NCBI GenBank assembly: GCA_902578305.1
Contig: CACHCK010000001.1
Location: forward strand, 183,136 to 247,135
Source of the DNA: an uncultured Pelagibacteraceae bacterium
GTDB taxonomy: Bacteria > Pseudomonadota > Alphaproteobacteria > Pelagibacterales > AG-422-B15
Length of the DNA: 64,000 nucleotides
Direction of reading: 5' to 3'
Under the pieces are notes generated by a model, which saw nothing but the letters and a program-made list of their open reading frames with translations, searched no databases and was not told the origin of the DNA. The translations under genes were made by a program, and so were the position numbers. This document shows, in pieces, positions 17,270-26,066 of the stretch. Position 1 is the first letter of the stretch. Every line of letters begins with the position of its first letter.

Positions 17270-18721
17270 ATGGAAAATAGCAATCATTTTAATGTAATTG
17301 TAATTGGCGCTGGAATCTCGGGTATAGGAGCTGGATATTACTTAAAAAAAAATTGTCCTAATAAATCCTTTTGTATTATTGAAGGGAGAGAGAATATAGG
17401 CGGTACATGGGACTTATTTAAATATCCAGGAATAAGATCAGACTCTGATATGTTTACACTCGGGTATGCATTTAAGCCATGGAAAGAGCAAAAAACAATT
17501 GCAAACGGACCTTCCATCTTAAGTTATTTAGAAGAAACAGTTGAAGAAAATAATTTACGCGAAAAAATAAAATTTAGTCACAAAGTCTTAAGCGCAAACT
17601 GGAATTCAGCAGAGCGAAATTGGGAAGTAAGAGCTGCTCATCATGAGCAAGAAATATTATTAACAGCAAATTTTCTATTCATGGGGACAGGATACTATAA
17701 TTATGATGAAGGATACACACCTGAATTTGACGACCTAGACAAGTACGAAGGTAAATTAATACATCCTCAAAAGTGGCCTGAAGATTTTGACTACACAGAT
17801 AAGAAAATGGTTGTTATCGGTAGTGGCGCAACAGCAGCAACTATAGTTCCCGAACTATCAAAAAAAGCTAAACACGTAACGATGTTACAACGCTCACCAA
17901 CATATTATTTTCCAAGTCCAGATGAAGATAGATTTGCAAATTTTTTAAAAAAAGTTTTACCACAAAAAATGTCTTACACGCTTGTTAGGTTACGAAATGT
18001 ATTCTTTCAGCAGCTTCTCTACAGAATTTGTAGATCATATCCAAAATATGTAAAACGAAAGCTCATAGATGGAGTTAAAGAATTATTGCCTAATCACGAT
18101 ATTTCAAAACATTTTACTCCGCGATATTATCCATGGGAACAGAGAATGTGTCTTATTCCAAATGGCGATTTGTTTGAGTCCATAAGAGACAATAGAGCGT
18201 CAGTCGTTACAGATCATATCGATAAGTTTACTAGCAAGGGAATAAAGCTTAAATCAGGGCAAAATATTGAAGCTGATGTTGTCGTAACTGCTACAGGCTT
18301 AAACTTACAATCTTTTGGTGGTGTCCAAGTTCATATCGACGGCAAATTGGTCGAGCCTTCTGAAACAATGACTTATAAAAGTATGATGTTCAGCGGTATT
18401 CCAAATTTCGTAAATTCTTTTGGTTATATTAATGCATCTTGGACCTTGAAAGCAGATTTAACCTGTGAATATGCTTGTAGATTAATTAATTATCTTGATC
18501 AGAATAACTACAGTCATTGTGTACCAAGGGTTCCAGTGGATGTGAAAGCTGAAAAAGATTGGCTCGCGACTGAGTTTTCCTCAGGATATATACATCGAGC
18601 TATTCATTTATTCCCCCAACAAGGCAGCAGGTCACCATGGATTAATACACAAAATTATTTTAAAGATTTCTTTGGTATTAAATTTGGCCGACTAAACGAC
18701 GATTCTATTCATTTTTCTTAA
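17270..18721 (+). CDS. Flavin-containing / Baeyer-Villiger-type monooxygenase
   Basis: VIGAGISGIGAG (FAD), GGTWDLFKYPGIRSDS, a fingerprint-like YEGKLIHPQKWPE, and a second GSGATA (NADPH) motif. Confidence 0.85.
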   Translation: MENSNHFNVIVIGAGISGIGAGYYLKKNCPNKSFCIIEGRENIGGTWDLFKYPGIRSDSDMFTLGYAFKPWKEQKTIANGPSILSYLEETVEENNLREKIKFSHKVLSANWNSAERNWEVRAAHHEQEILLTANFLFMGTGYYNYDEGYTPEFDDLDKYEGKLIHPQKWPEDFDYTDKKMVVIGSGATAATIVPELSKKAKHVTMLQRSPTYYFPSPDEDRFANFLKKVLPQKMSYTLVRLRNVFFQQLLYRICRSYPKYVKRKLIDGVKELLPNHDISKHFTPRYYPWEQRMCLIPNGDLFESIRDNRASVVTDHIDKFTSKGIKLKSGQNIEADVVVTATGLNLQSFGGVQVHIDGKLVEPSETMTYKSMMFSGIPNFVNSFGYINASWTLKADLTCEYACRLINYLDQNNYSHCVPRVPVDVKAEKDWLATEFSSGYIHRAIHLFPQQGSRSPWINTQNYFKDFFGIKFGRLNDDSIHFS

Positions 18722-20361
18722 GCGTCGGCGGCTTTAGCCATTTCTCTCAGTTCGTATTTTAATATCTTACCTGTTGAAGTTTTTGGCAGTTCAGTAAAAA
18801 CGACTTTTTTAGGACACTTAAAACCAGCAAGAGTTTCTTTACAAAACGAAATAATATCGCCTTCACTCACGCTATCATTTTGATCTTTTAATTCGATAAA
18901 AGCACATGGTGTTTCACCCCATTTTTCATCTGGTTTTGCAACCACTGCAGCAAATAATACAGATGGATGTTTATAAAGTGTATTTTCTATTTCAACTGAT
19001 GAGACATTTTCACCACCAGAGATAATTATATCTTTACTTCTATCTTTTATTTGAATGTAACCATTAGGGTGCATTACAGCCAGATCACCTGAGTGAAACC
19101 AGCCTCCTGCCATAGCTTTATCTGTTTCTTCCTTATTTTTTAAATATCCCTTCATTACACAGTTGCCGCGTATCATGATCTCACCTATTTCTTCACCGTC
19201 ATTCTTGACGTACTCCATAGTCTCAGGGTTCATAATTGCTAGACCATCCATCATCGGAAACTTTACGCCCTGCCTTGATCTAAGCTTTGATTGTTCTTCA
19301 ACTGATAGCTCATTCCATTCATCCTGCCATGCGCATAATGAAATATGTCCGTATGTTTCAGTCAGTCCATAAACATGAGTAACGTCAAAACCCATTTTTT
19401 GAACCGCTTCTAATGTGGCTGCGGGTGGAGGAGCTCCTGCTGTGACTACATATACTTGTTGAGAGTATTCTCTTTTTTCCTCAGCTGTTGCTTGTGCTAG
19501 AAAATTTAGAACAATTGGTGCGCCACCAAAATGAGTTACTTTATGATCTGCAATAGCATCAAACATATTTTTAGCTGAAACATATCTAAGGCATACACTC
19601 GTGCCTGCTAGGGCTGTAAGTGTGTAGGGATTACCCCAACCATTACAATGAAACATTGGAACAACCCACATATAAGTAGGATGCATTGGCATACTAAAAG
19701 CAGTAACAGATCCAAGTGCCATCAAGTACGAGCCTCTGTGATGATAAACAACCCCTTTTGGTAATCCAGTGGTGCCTGACGTATAATTGAGCGCTAATGA
19801 TTGCCATTCATCATCTGGCAAACTCCATTCGAGATCACTGTCACCTGTTAAAAGAAAATCCTCATAATTAATTTCTCCAAGATTTTCTCCAGCTCCCTCA
19901 GGATGATTTGCTAGCTCATCATCAATATCTATTACAAGAATTTTATTTTTTATCTTATCGAGTACTTGTTTTATCGTCGGTGAAAGCTCATTGTCAGTAA
20001 TCAATGCTTTTGCTTCACCGTGCTCAAGAATATAGCTAATTGTATCTACATCTAATCTGATGTTTATCGTATTTAATACAGCGCCAATCATCGGAACACC
20101 AAAATGTGTCTCATATATTTCAGGAGTATTAAAACAAAGAACCGCAACAGTATCTCCCTTTCCTATACCTCTTTTAGAAAGTGCGCTCGCAAGTTGTTTG
20201 CTTCTTTTATATGTTTCAGACCATGTAAATTGTTTTTTGCCATGTATAATCGAAGTTCTATTTGGATAAACTTCCGCTGCTCGTATGAGAAAACTTAAAG
20301 GAGACAACGGTGTAAAATTTGCATCGTTTTTGTCTAAATTGGTATCATACATGTGAGCCAT
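18718..20361 (-). CDS. AMP-forming short/medium-chain acyl-CoA synthetase
   Basis: YTSGTTGLPKGV, YGLTETYG, GWFHSGDLA and KTSTGKILK motifs. It overlaps the convergent monooxygenase by 4 nt. Confidence 0.9.
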   Translation of the reverse strand: MAHMYDTNLDKNDANFTPLSPLSFLIRAAEVYPNRTSIIHGKKQFTWSETYKRSKQLASALSKRGIGKGDTVAVLCFNTPEIYETHFGVPMIGAVLNTINIRLDVDTISYILEHGEAKALITDNELSPTIKQVLDKIKNKILVIDIDDELANHPEGAGENLGEINYEDFLLTGDSDLEWSLPDDEWQSLALNYTSGTTGLPKGVVYHHRGSYLMALGSVTAFSMPMHPTYMWVVPMFHCNGWGNPYTLTALAGTSVCLRYVSAKNMFDAIADHKVTHFGGAPIVLNFLAQATAEEKREYSQQVYVVTAGAPPPAATLEAVQKMGFDVTHVYGLTETYGHISLCAWQDEWNELSVEEQSKLRSRQGVKFPMMDGLAIMNPETMEYVKNDGEEIGEIMIRGNCVMKGYLKNKEETDKAMAGGWFHSGDLAVMHPNGYIQIKDRSKDIIISGGENVSSVEIENTLYKHPSVLFAAVVAKPDEKWGETPCAFIELKDQNDSVSEGDIISFCKETLAGFKCPKKVVFTELPKTSTGKILKYELREMAKAADA

Positions 20362-22028
20362 TAAAACAATCCCTCTATGTCGCCATTTTTATTTAAGTGT
20401 ATAGCATTTGCAGCTGGAACTCTAGGCAGACCTGGCATAGTCATAATCTTATCGCATACAACTACAAGAAATTCTGCACCCGCTGCTAGTCTAACTTCTC
20501 TGATAGGAACTACATGGTCTTTTGGAGCGCCTCTTAGATTTGGATCAGTTGAGAAGCTGTATTGAGTTTTAGCTACACATATTGGGTAATGGCCATATTT
20601 TTCCTCCAAGTCGTCAAACTGCATTCTTATTTTTTGGTCAGCAATAATATCGCTCGCTCCATATATTTCTTGTGCAATTTTTTTCATCTTATCCCACAAT
20701 TTCATTTCGTCCGGATACAGGTGCTTTATCTTTGGAGCATTTTGCTCAGTAATTTCTACTATGTGCTTTGCTAGGTCCTCTGTGCCTACACCACCATTGC
20801 TCCAATGTGTGCAATTAAATGACTTTACATTTAATGAATCACAGCAATCACTGATTGCTGACAACTCTTTTTCACTGTCAGATATGAAATGATTAATTGC
20901 AACTGTAACAGGCGCCCCATATATTTGCATATTTGCAATGTGCTGCTTTAAATTTGATAAACCATTTTTTACAGCTTCAACATTTTCATTTTTTAATTCT
21001 TTTTTATCCATACCGCCATGCATTTTTAACGCTCGAACTGTTGCAACTATTACTATTGCTGAAGGATTTAATTTTCCTTTACGGCACTTTATGTCTAAAA
21101 ATTTTTCTGCTCCAAGATCTGCACCAAAGCCTGCTTCTGTTACAACATAATCACTTAATTTAAGAGCAGTTTGAGTAGCAACTAAAGAATTGCATCCATG
21201 GGCAATATTTGCAAAAGGACCCCCATGAATGATAGCAGGATTTTTCTCCAGTGTTTGAACAAGATTAGGTAAGAAAGCATCTTTTAGCAAAGTAGTCATC
21301 GCGCCGTCTGCATTTAAGTCTCGCGCCGTAATTTCTTTCTTCTCCCTTGTATAACCAACAATGATATTCCCAAGTCTATTTTGTAAATCGTCTAAACTTG
21401 TAGATAAACAAAAAATTGCCATCACTTCAGATGCAACAGTAATATCGAATTTATCCTCACGTGGGTATCCGTTGGCTATACCGCCTAAATTAACATTAAT
21501 ATTTCTTAAAGCACGATCATTTAAATCTACAACACGTCCCCAAACTACTCTTCTTGTATCAATTCCTAAATCGTTTCCCCAATAAATATGGTTATCAATC
21601 ATCGATGCAAGTAGGTTATGTGCTGATGTGATCGCATGGAAATCACCTGTGAAATGTAAATTAATTTTATCCATTGGTACTACTTGGGCGTAACCGCCTC
21701 CTGCAGCACCCCCTTTGACACCAAAGCAAGGCCCTAAACTAGGTTCTCTCAAGCATACCAATGACTGTTTTCCAATTTTATTTAAGCCATCACTGAGACC
21801 GACTGATGTAGTAGTCTTTCCTTCGCCTGCTGGGGTAGGTGAAATGGCCGTCACTAAAATGAGTTTTCCGTTCTTGTTATTACTTTCTATATGTTGAGTA
21901 TCAATTTTAGCAATGTGGTGCCCAAATTTTTGGAGATTTTGATCTTTTAAGTCTAATTTTGAAGCAATTTCTTCAATAGGAGCCATGCTATTTTCTCTAG
22001 CAATTTCAATATCTGAGAGTACAGCCAT
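20361..22028 (-). CDS. fhs: Formate-tetrahydrofolate ligase
   Basis: LSDIEIA..., [14 protein letters not shown] and [14 protein letters not shown]. Start moved to [10 protein letters not shown] (22028); the 10 extra codons in the ORF track are not family-like. The stop overlaps the next start as TAATG. Confidence 0.95.
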   Translation of the reverse strand: MAVLSDIEIARENSMAPIEEIASKLDLKDQNLQKFGHHIAKIDTQHIESNNKNGKLILVTAISPTPAGEGKTTTSVGLSDGLNKIGKQSLVCLREPSLGPCFGVKGGAAGGGYAQVVPMDKINLHFTGDFHAITSAHNLLASMIDNHIYWGNDLGIDTRRVVWGRVVDLNDRALRNINVNLGGIANGYPREDKFDITVASEVMAIFCLSTSLDDLQNRLGNIIVGYTREKKEITARDLNADGAMTTLLKDAFLPNLVQTLEKNPAIIHGGPFANIAHGCNSLVATQTALKLSDYVVTEAGFGADLGAEKFLDIKCRKGKLNPSAIVIVATVRALKMHGGMDKKELKNENVEAVKNGLSNLKQHIANMQIYGAPVTVAINHFISDSEKELSAISDCCDSLNVKSFNCTHWSNGGVGTEDLAKHIVEITEQNAPKIKHLYPDEMKLWDKMKKIAQEIYGASDIIADQKIRMQFDDLEEKYGHYPICVAKTQYSFSTDPNLRGAPKDHVVPIREVRLAAGAEFLVVVCDKIMTMPGLPRVPAANAIHLNKNGDIEGLF

Positions 22029-22145
22029 AAATAAAACTAATATTAAAAACCTAGACAACTTAAGAACTTTACAGATAGGAGTCTACAAAAATGTATTGCT
22101 ATAGAACAAATTTTTACTTAAATTTTGTTTTAGGAGACTCAAATA

Positions 22146-22195
22146 GCGCTGCAAAATTAAGCCAAGCAGTGCAATTGAAAATTCGCGTGGCTTAA
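22146..22195 (+). promoter_or_regulatory. Candidate H-type pseudoknot RNA in the leader of the metF-like operon
   Basis: Stem 1 is GCGCTGC (22146-22152) with GCAGTGC (22166-22172). The stem-1 loop segment TTAAGCCA (22157-22164) is perfectly complementary to TGGCTTAA (22188-22195), which lies 24 nt before the ATG. Confidence 0.4.
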
Positions 22196-22218
22196 GCGGT
22201 ACACTCATTTACAGCATT

Positions 22219-22959
22219 ATGGGAAATGTAAATTTTTCATTGGAAGTTACTACAAGAACAAATCTGTCTGATTTGCCTAAACTTAATGACATTTATATTA
22301 CATTTTTGCCTGGCACAAGTTATCTTGACGTTATTGAGCAAACCAAGGCGTTAGCTAGTGCAGGTTATAATCCCATTCCTCACTTTCCAGCTCGTTCAAT
22401 TACTGATTCAGATATGTTAAAATCATATATAGAGCAAGTTAAAGAGGCTGGAGTTAAACAAGTTTTAATAATTGGTGGCGATCGAGATATTTTAGGAAAA
22501 TATCATTGTTCACTACAACTTATAGAAACTGGATTGTTTGATGGAATGAAAATAGGTATTGCTGGTCATCCTGAGGGATCTCCAAATATGAGCGATGCAG
22601 CTATTGAAGAAGCAATGAAATCAAAGGCCCCATTTGCTGACTATATTGTAACACAGTGGACACAAGATACAGACGCATTATCGTCTTTTATTTCTGGAGC
22701 ACCACTTCCTGTTCATGTAGGTGTTGCGGGCCCGGCTTCTATGAAGACACTAGTAAAATTCGCTGGATTTGTTGGATTAAAGAATACGCTTAATTTCGCA
22801 AAAAAAAATGCATCTAAAATTTTTGATTTATTGACTGTTCAGACACCTGATGATGTAATTCAAGAATTAAAAGAGAACGTTGAACATTTTCACATTTATG
22901 CGTTTGGTGGAATAAAAAAAGCAAACGAATGGTTAGAAAAGGAGAACTACTATGTCTAA
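22219..22959 (+). CDS. Methylenetetrahydrofolate reductase (MetF)-like protein, short form
   Basis: Collinear with MetF landmarks: FSLEV..R (SFEFFPPR), PHFPAR (PHLTC), LIIGGD (ALRGD), IAGHPEGSP (AAYPEVHPE), VTQWTQD (ITQFFFD) and HFHIYAFGG (FHFYTLN). Confidence 0.75.
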   Translation: MGNVNFSLEVTTRTNLSDLPKLNDIYITFLPGTSYLDVIEQTKALASAGYNPIPHFPARSITDSDMLKSYIEQVKEAGVKQVLIIGGDRDILGKYHCSLQLIETGLFDGMKIGIAGHPEGSPNMSDAAIEEAMKSKAPFADYIVTQWTQDTDALSSFISGAPLPVHVGVAGPASMKTLVKFAGFVGLKNTLNFAKKNASKIFDLLTVQTPDDVIQELKENVEHFHIYAFGGIKKANEWLEKENYYV

Positions 22960-24295
22960 AAAAATAGAACATAACACTACTGTTGATCAAAGCGACAGAC
23001 ATGTTCCTTACAATTTACGCCAAAGTGGACCAACAAAAGTTGAAATGTTGATTTCAACTCGAGTGAGAAAGTCACCATATTGGCATAAGTCGATGGAGGC
23101 AGGATGCTGGAGAGCAACAGTTTATAACCGCATTTATCATCCCAGAGGTTATGTAAAGCCTGAAGATGGTGGAGCAATGGTTGAATATGAAGCAATTAAA
23201 AATCATGTGACTATGTGGAATGTTGCAGTTGAGAGACAAATACGTGTAATTGGTCCAGATGCTGAAAAATTTACAGACTATGTAATTACAAGGGATGCCA
23301 CAAAGATATCACCATTACGAGCTAGGTATGTAATATTATGTAACTATAAAGGTGGAGTCTTAAATGATCCTATTCTCTTAAGAATCTCGAAAGATGAGTT
23401 TTGGTTTAGTTTGTCAGACTCAGATATTGGACTTTATTTGCAAGGCGTAAACGCTGATAAAAGATTTGATGTGGAAATTGACGAAATTGATGCGTGCCCT
23501 GTTCAAATTCAAGGACCAAAAGCCATTGCCTTGATGAAAGACCTAGTGGGTGATCAAGTTGATCTTGATAATATTCCTTTCTATGGTTTAGCAGAAGTTA
23601 AAGTTGGTGGAAGAAGTTGTGTGATTTCTCAAACTGGTTTCTCTGGCGAGTCCGGTTATGAAATTTATTTACGAAATGCGACGCTCTATGCCGACGATAT
23701 GTGGGATGCTGTTTTAGAAGCAGGCAAGAAACATAATCTAATGGTTATAGCACCTGCTCACCACAGAAGAATACAAGCAGGTATTTTATCCTGGGGTCAG
23801 GACTTAGATCATGAGCACAATCCTTTTCAATGTAATCTTGGTTATCAGGTTTCTTTATCTGGAAAAGGTGAGTGGGCGAAAAAAGGTGATTATATCGGTA
23901 AGCAAGCGCTTGAAAAGATGAAGGCTGACTTGAAAGATGGTCATAAGCCATACAAGTTACAATTGGTGGGATTTGAGATTGGTGGCAAACCAATTGATGA
24001 GTATGCACCTGATTTTTGGCTTGTGTCTCCTGGTGACGGTGGAGACCCATGTGGCTTTATTACTTCACCTTGGTATCATCCTGAAAAAGGAAAAAATATA
24101 GCTATGGGTTATATACCTTTTGATGGAACTCTTAATCCAAATGGTTTTCCAAAATGGGAATTAGGTAAAAAATTTAAAGTTCATTTACCTGATATTTATG
24201 CTGATGAACCAGGAGTGCCAGTAGACGCCGTAACAGTTGATGTTCCGTTTACTGAGTCTTTCAACGCTAATACAAGAGAAGTTGTAAAGGGCTAG
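22952..24295 (+). CDS. GcvT-family THF-dependent aminomethyl/methyl transferase (demethylase, substrate unknown)
   Basis: RKSPYWHKS...TVYNRIYHP...VTMWNVAVERQIRVIGPDAEKF...GGVLNDPILLR...ISQTGFSGESGYEIY. 8-nt overlap with the metF-like gene. Confidence 0.85.
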   Translation: MSKKIEHNTTVDQSDRHVPYNLRQSGPTKVEMLISTRVRKSPYWHKSMEAGCWRATVYNRIYHPRGYVKPEDGGAMVEYEAIKNHVTMWNVAVERQIRVIGPDAEKFTDYVITRDATKISPLRARYVILCNYKGGVLNDPILLRISKDEFWFSLSDSDIGLYLQGVNADKRFDVEIDEIDACPVQIQGPKAIALMKDLVGDQVDLDNIPFYGLAEVKVGGRSCVISQTGFSGESGYEIYLRNATLYADDMWDAVLEAGKKHNLMVIAPAHHRRIQAGILSWGQDLDHEHNPFQCNLGYQVSLSGKGEWAKKGDYIGKQALEKMKADLKDGHKPYKLQLVGFEIGGKPIDEYAPDFWLVSPGDGGDPCGFITSPWYHPEKGKNIAMGYIPFDGTLNPNGFPKWELGKKFKVHLPDIYADEPGVPVDAVTVDVPFTESFNANTREVVKG

Positions 24296-24306
24296 TTTAT
24301 ATTAAT

Positions 24307-24334
24307 TGCTCAGCACAAATCAGCTTGCTGAGCA
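24307..24334. terminator. Hairpin between convergent genes (possible bidirectional terminator)
   Basis: TGCTCAGCA (24307-24315) pairs perfectly with TGCTGAGCA (24326-24334). Flanks are AT-rich, with no clean T-run. Confidence 0.5.
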
Positions 24335-24350
24335 TTAATAATAATACAAT

Positions 24351-24845
24351 TTAGGATTTGTGTTGTACGTAAAGTTGGTGATAGCAAACTTTACCATTTT
24401 TTTCTATGAAGTCTTGGTGGTATTCTTCAGCAGGCCAAAATTTAGCATTCTCTCTTAATTCTGTAACTACTTCGTTTTGATGTTCGCCTGAGTTATTAAT
24501 TTCATCAATTTTGCTTTCCGATATTCTTCTTTCTTCATCAGAATTACAAAAAATAACTGATTTGTATTGTTCACCAATGTCTGGACCTTGACGATTCATC
24601 TGAGTTGGATCATGAATAAAGAAAAACTTGTCTAACAATTCCTCAAACTTTACTTCACTATTATCATACTCAATCTCAACAACTTCAATGTGTCCTGACT
24701 TACCTGTACAGACTTCTTCGTATGTAGGGTTTTCTGTATGCCCGCCGGCATACCCTGAAATTACTTTTTTAACGCCAGACATTTCTTCAAAAAGAACTTC
24801 TACTCCCCAAAAACAACCTGCGCCTAGTATTAACTTTGAAATCAT
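24351..24845 (-). CDS. msrA: Peptide methionine (S)-sulfoxide reductase
   Basis: LGAGCFWGVE active-site motif, GYAGG, and HDPTQMNRQGPDIGEQYKS. Confidence 0.95.
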   Translation of the reverse strand: MISKLILGAGCFWGVEVLFEEMSGVKKVISGYAGGHTENPTYEEVCTGKSGHIEVVEIEYDNSEVKFEELLDKFFFIHDPTQMNRQGPDIGEQYKSVIFCNSDEERRISESKIDEINNSGEHQNEVVTELRENAKFWPAEEYHQDFIEKNGKVCYHQLYVQHKS

Positions 24846-24920
24846 ACCTTAACATAAGGTTTTTTTTATATATGTTAAAGATCAAATTAAATTATATTCC
24901 ATCTAATATTAATACTGATA

Positions 24921-26066
24921 ATGAATAATCAAGATATAAGCATTGGTAAACTCTCAAGGTTAAAGATCTGGATAACTGATAATCATCTGTCTGATGATCA
25001 ATGGTCAAATACAAAAAAATTTATCATCATAAAAATAACTACTGAAGATGGAATTGAAGGTTGGGGAGAAGCATTCTCTATTAATCTTAGAGAAAAGGGT
25101 ATTGCGATTATTATAAAAGAGCTATTTAGAGAAATTTCGAATATTCCAAATCTATCAATAAAGTCTTTTTATAATAAAATTTCATTGTTAAGTGATGGTC
25201 ACAGAGGTTTAGATTTCAGCTCTGCTTCAAGTGCCATTGAAATTGCATTATGGGACATATCAGGGAAGTTAAAAAATCTTCCTTTAAATTCTTTACTAAC
25301 AAAAAGTCCCAAACCAAATGTTCCCATTTATGCTACGTGTTGGAGCGATTTAAAAAAAGACACAAATGACTATTTGAGACAAATAGAAAAATTTTATGGA
25401 AAGAAATATGGGGGGATCAAGATATATCCAATGCTAGATAACGTATCAATTTCAATTCAGTTTGTTGAAAAAGTTAGAGAAATAGTAGGAGATGAATTAC
25501 CGCTAATGCTTGATTTAGCTGTACCTAAAGATTTAGATAAGACAAAATCTTTTTTAAAAGAAGTATCGTCATTTAATCCTTACTGGATAGAAGAGCCTGT
25601 TGATGGTGAGAATATAAAATTACTTACTGAGATCAAAAATGCTTTTAATATGAAAATTGTAACAGGTGAAAAGCAATCAGGCTTGGTCCATTTCAGAGAA
25701 TTAATACACAGAAATGCAGTAGATATATTTAATCCTGATATTTCAGGTATGGGCGGACTCATTGATATTATCACGATATCAAATGAAGCATCAAATAATG
25801 GCATCTCTATTTCTCCACATTGCTGGAATTCAATGTCCGTTTCAGCATCTGCGATGCTTCATGTTTGCTCAAGTATTTCTAATTCAGAAAAGGCTGAAAT
25901 ATTTCCAGATTATATAAACTTTTCAAAGAAATTTTGTGAGTTACCTTTTGATATTGTAGATAATAAAGCACATATAAATAAATCAGCTGGACTTGGTATA
26001 GTTATTCATGAAGATATTTTATCTCGGTTGAGTATTTATTCATTGGATGAAAAGAGTAATGACTGA
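24921..26066 (+). CDS. Enolase-superfamily enzyme (mandelate racemase/muconate-lactonizing family)
   Basis: GWGEAF in the capping domain; barrel positions KIYP, MLDLAV, IEEPV, TGEK and FNPDIS. Confidence 0.85.
   Translation: MNNQDISIGKLSRLKIWITDNHLSDDQWSNTKKFIIIKITTEDGIEGWGEAFSINLREKGIAIIIKELFREISNIPNLSIKSFYNKISLLSDGHRGLDFSSASSAIEIALWDISGKLKNLPLNSLLTKSPKPNVPIYATCWSDLKKDTNDYLRQIEKFYGKKYGGIKIYPMLDNVSISIQFVEKVREIVGDELPLMLDLAVPKDLDKTKSFLKEVSSFNPYWIEEPVDGENIKLLTEIKNAFNMKIVTGEKQSGLVHFRELIHRNAVDIFNPDISGMGGLIDIITISNEASNNGISISPHCWNSMSVSASAMLHVCSSISNSEKAEIFPDYINFSKKFCELPFDIVDNKAHINKSAGLGIVIHEDILSRLSIYSLDEKSND

Noticed and set aside
20377-21897. Seven plus-strand ORFs of 60-76 aa inside the fhs locus
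   Set aside because: All lie antisense to a full-length, motif-rich formate-THF ligase. They are typical shadow ORFs.
22059-22218. Glycine riboswitch upstream of a GcvT-family operon (also considered for 39029-39133)
   Set aside because: I could not find the conserved glycine-aptamer cores (GGAGAG ... ACCGAAGGGGCAA type) in either spacer. The structure present is a pseudoknot-like element instead.
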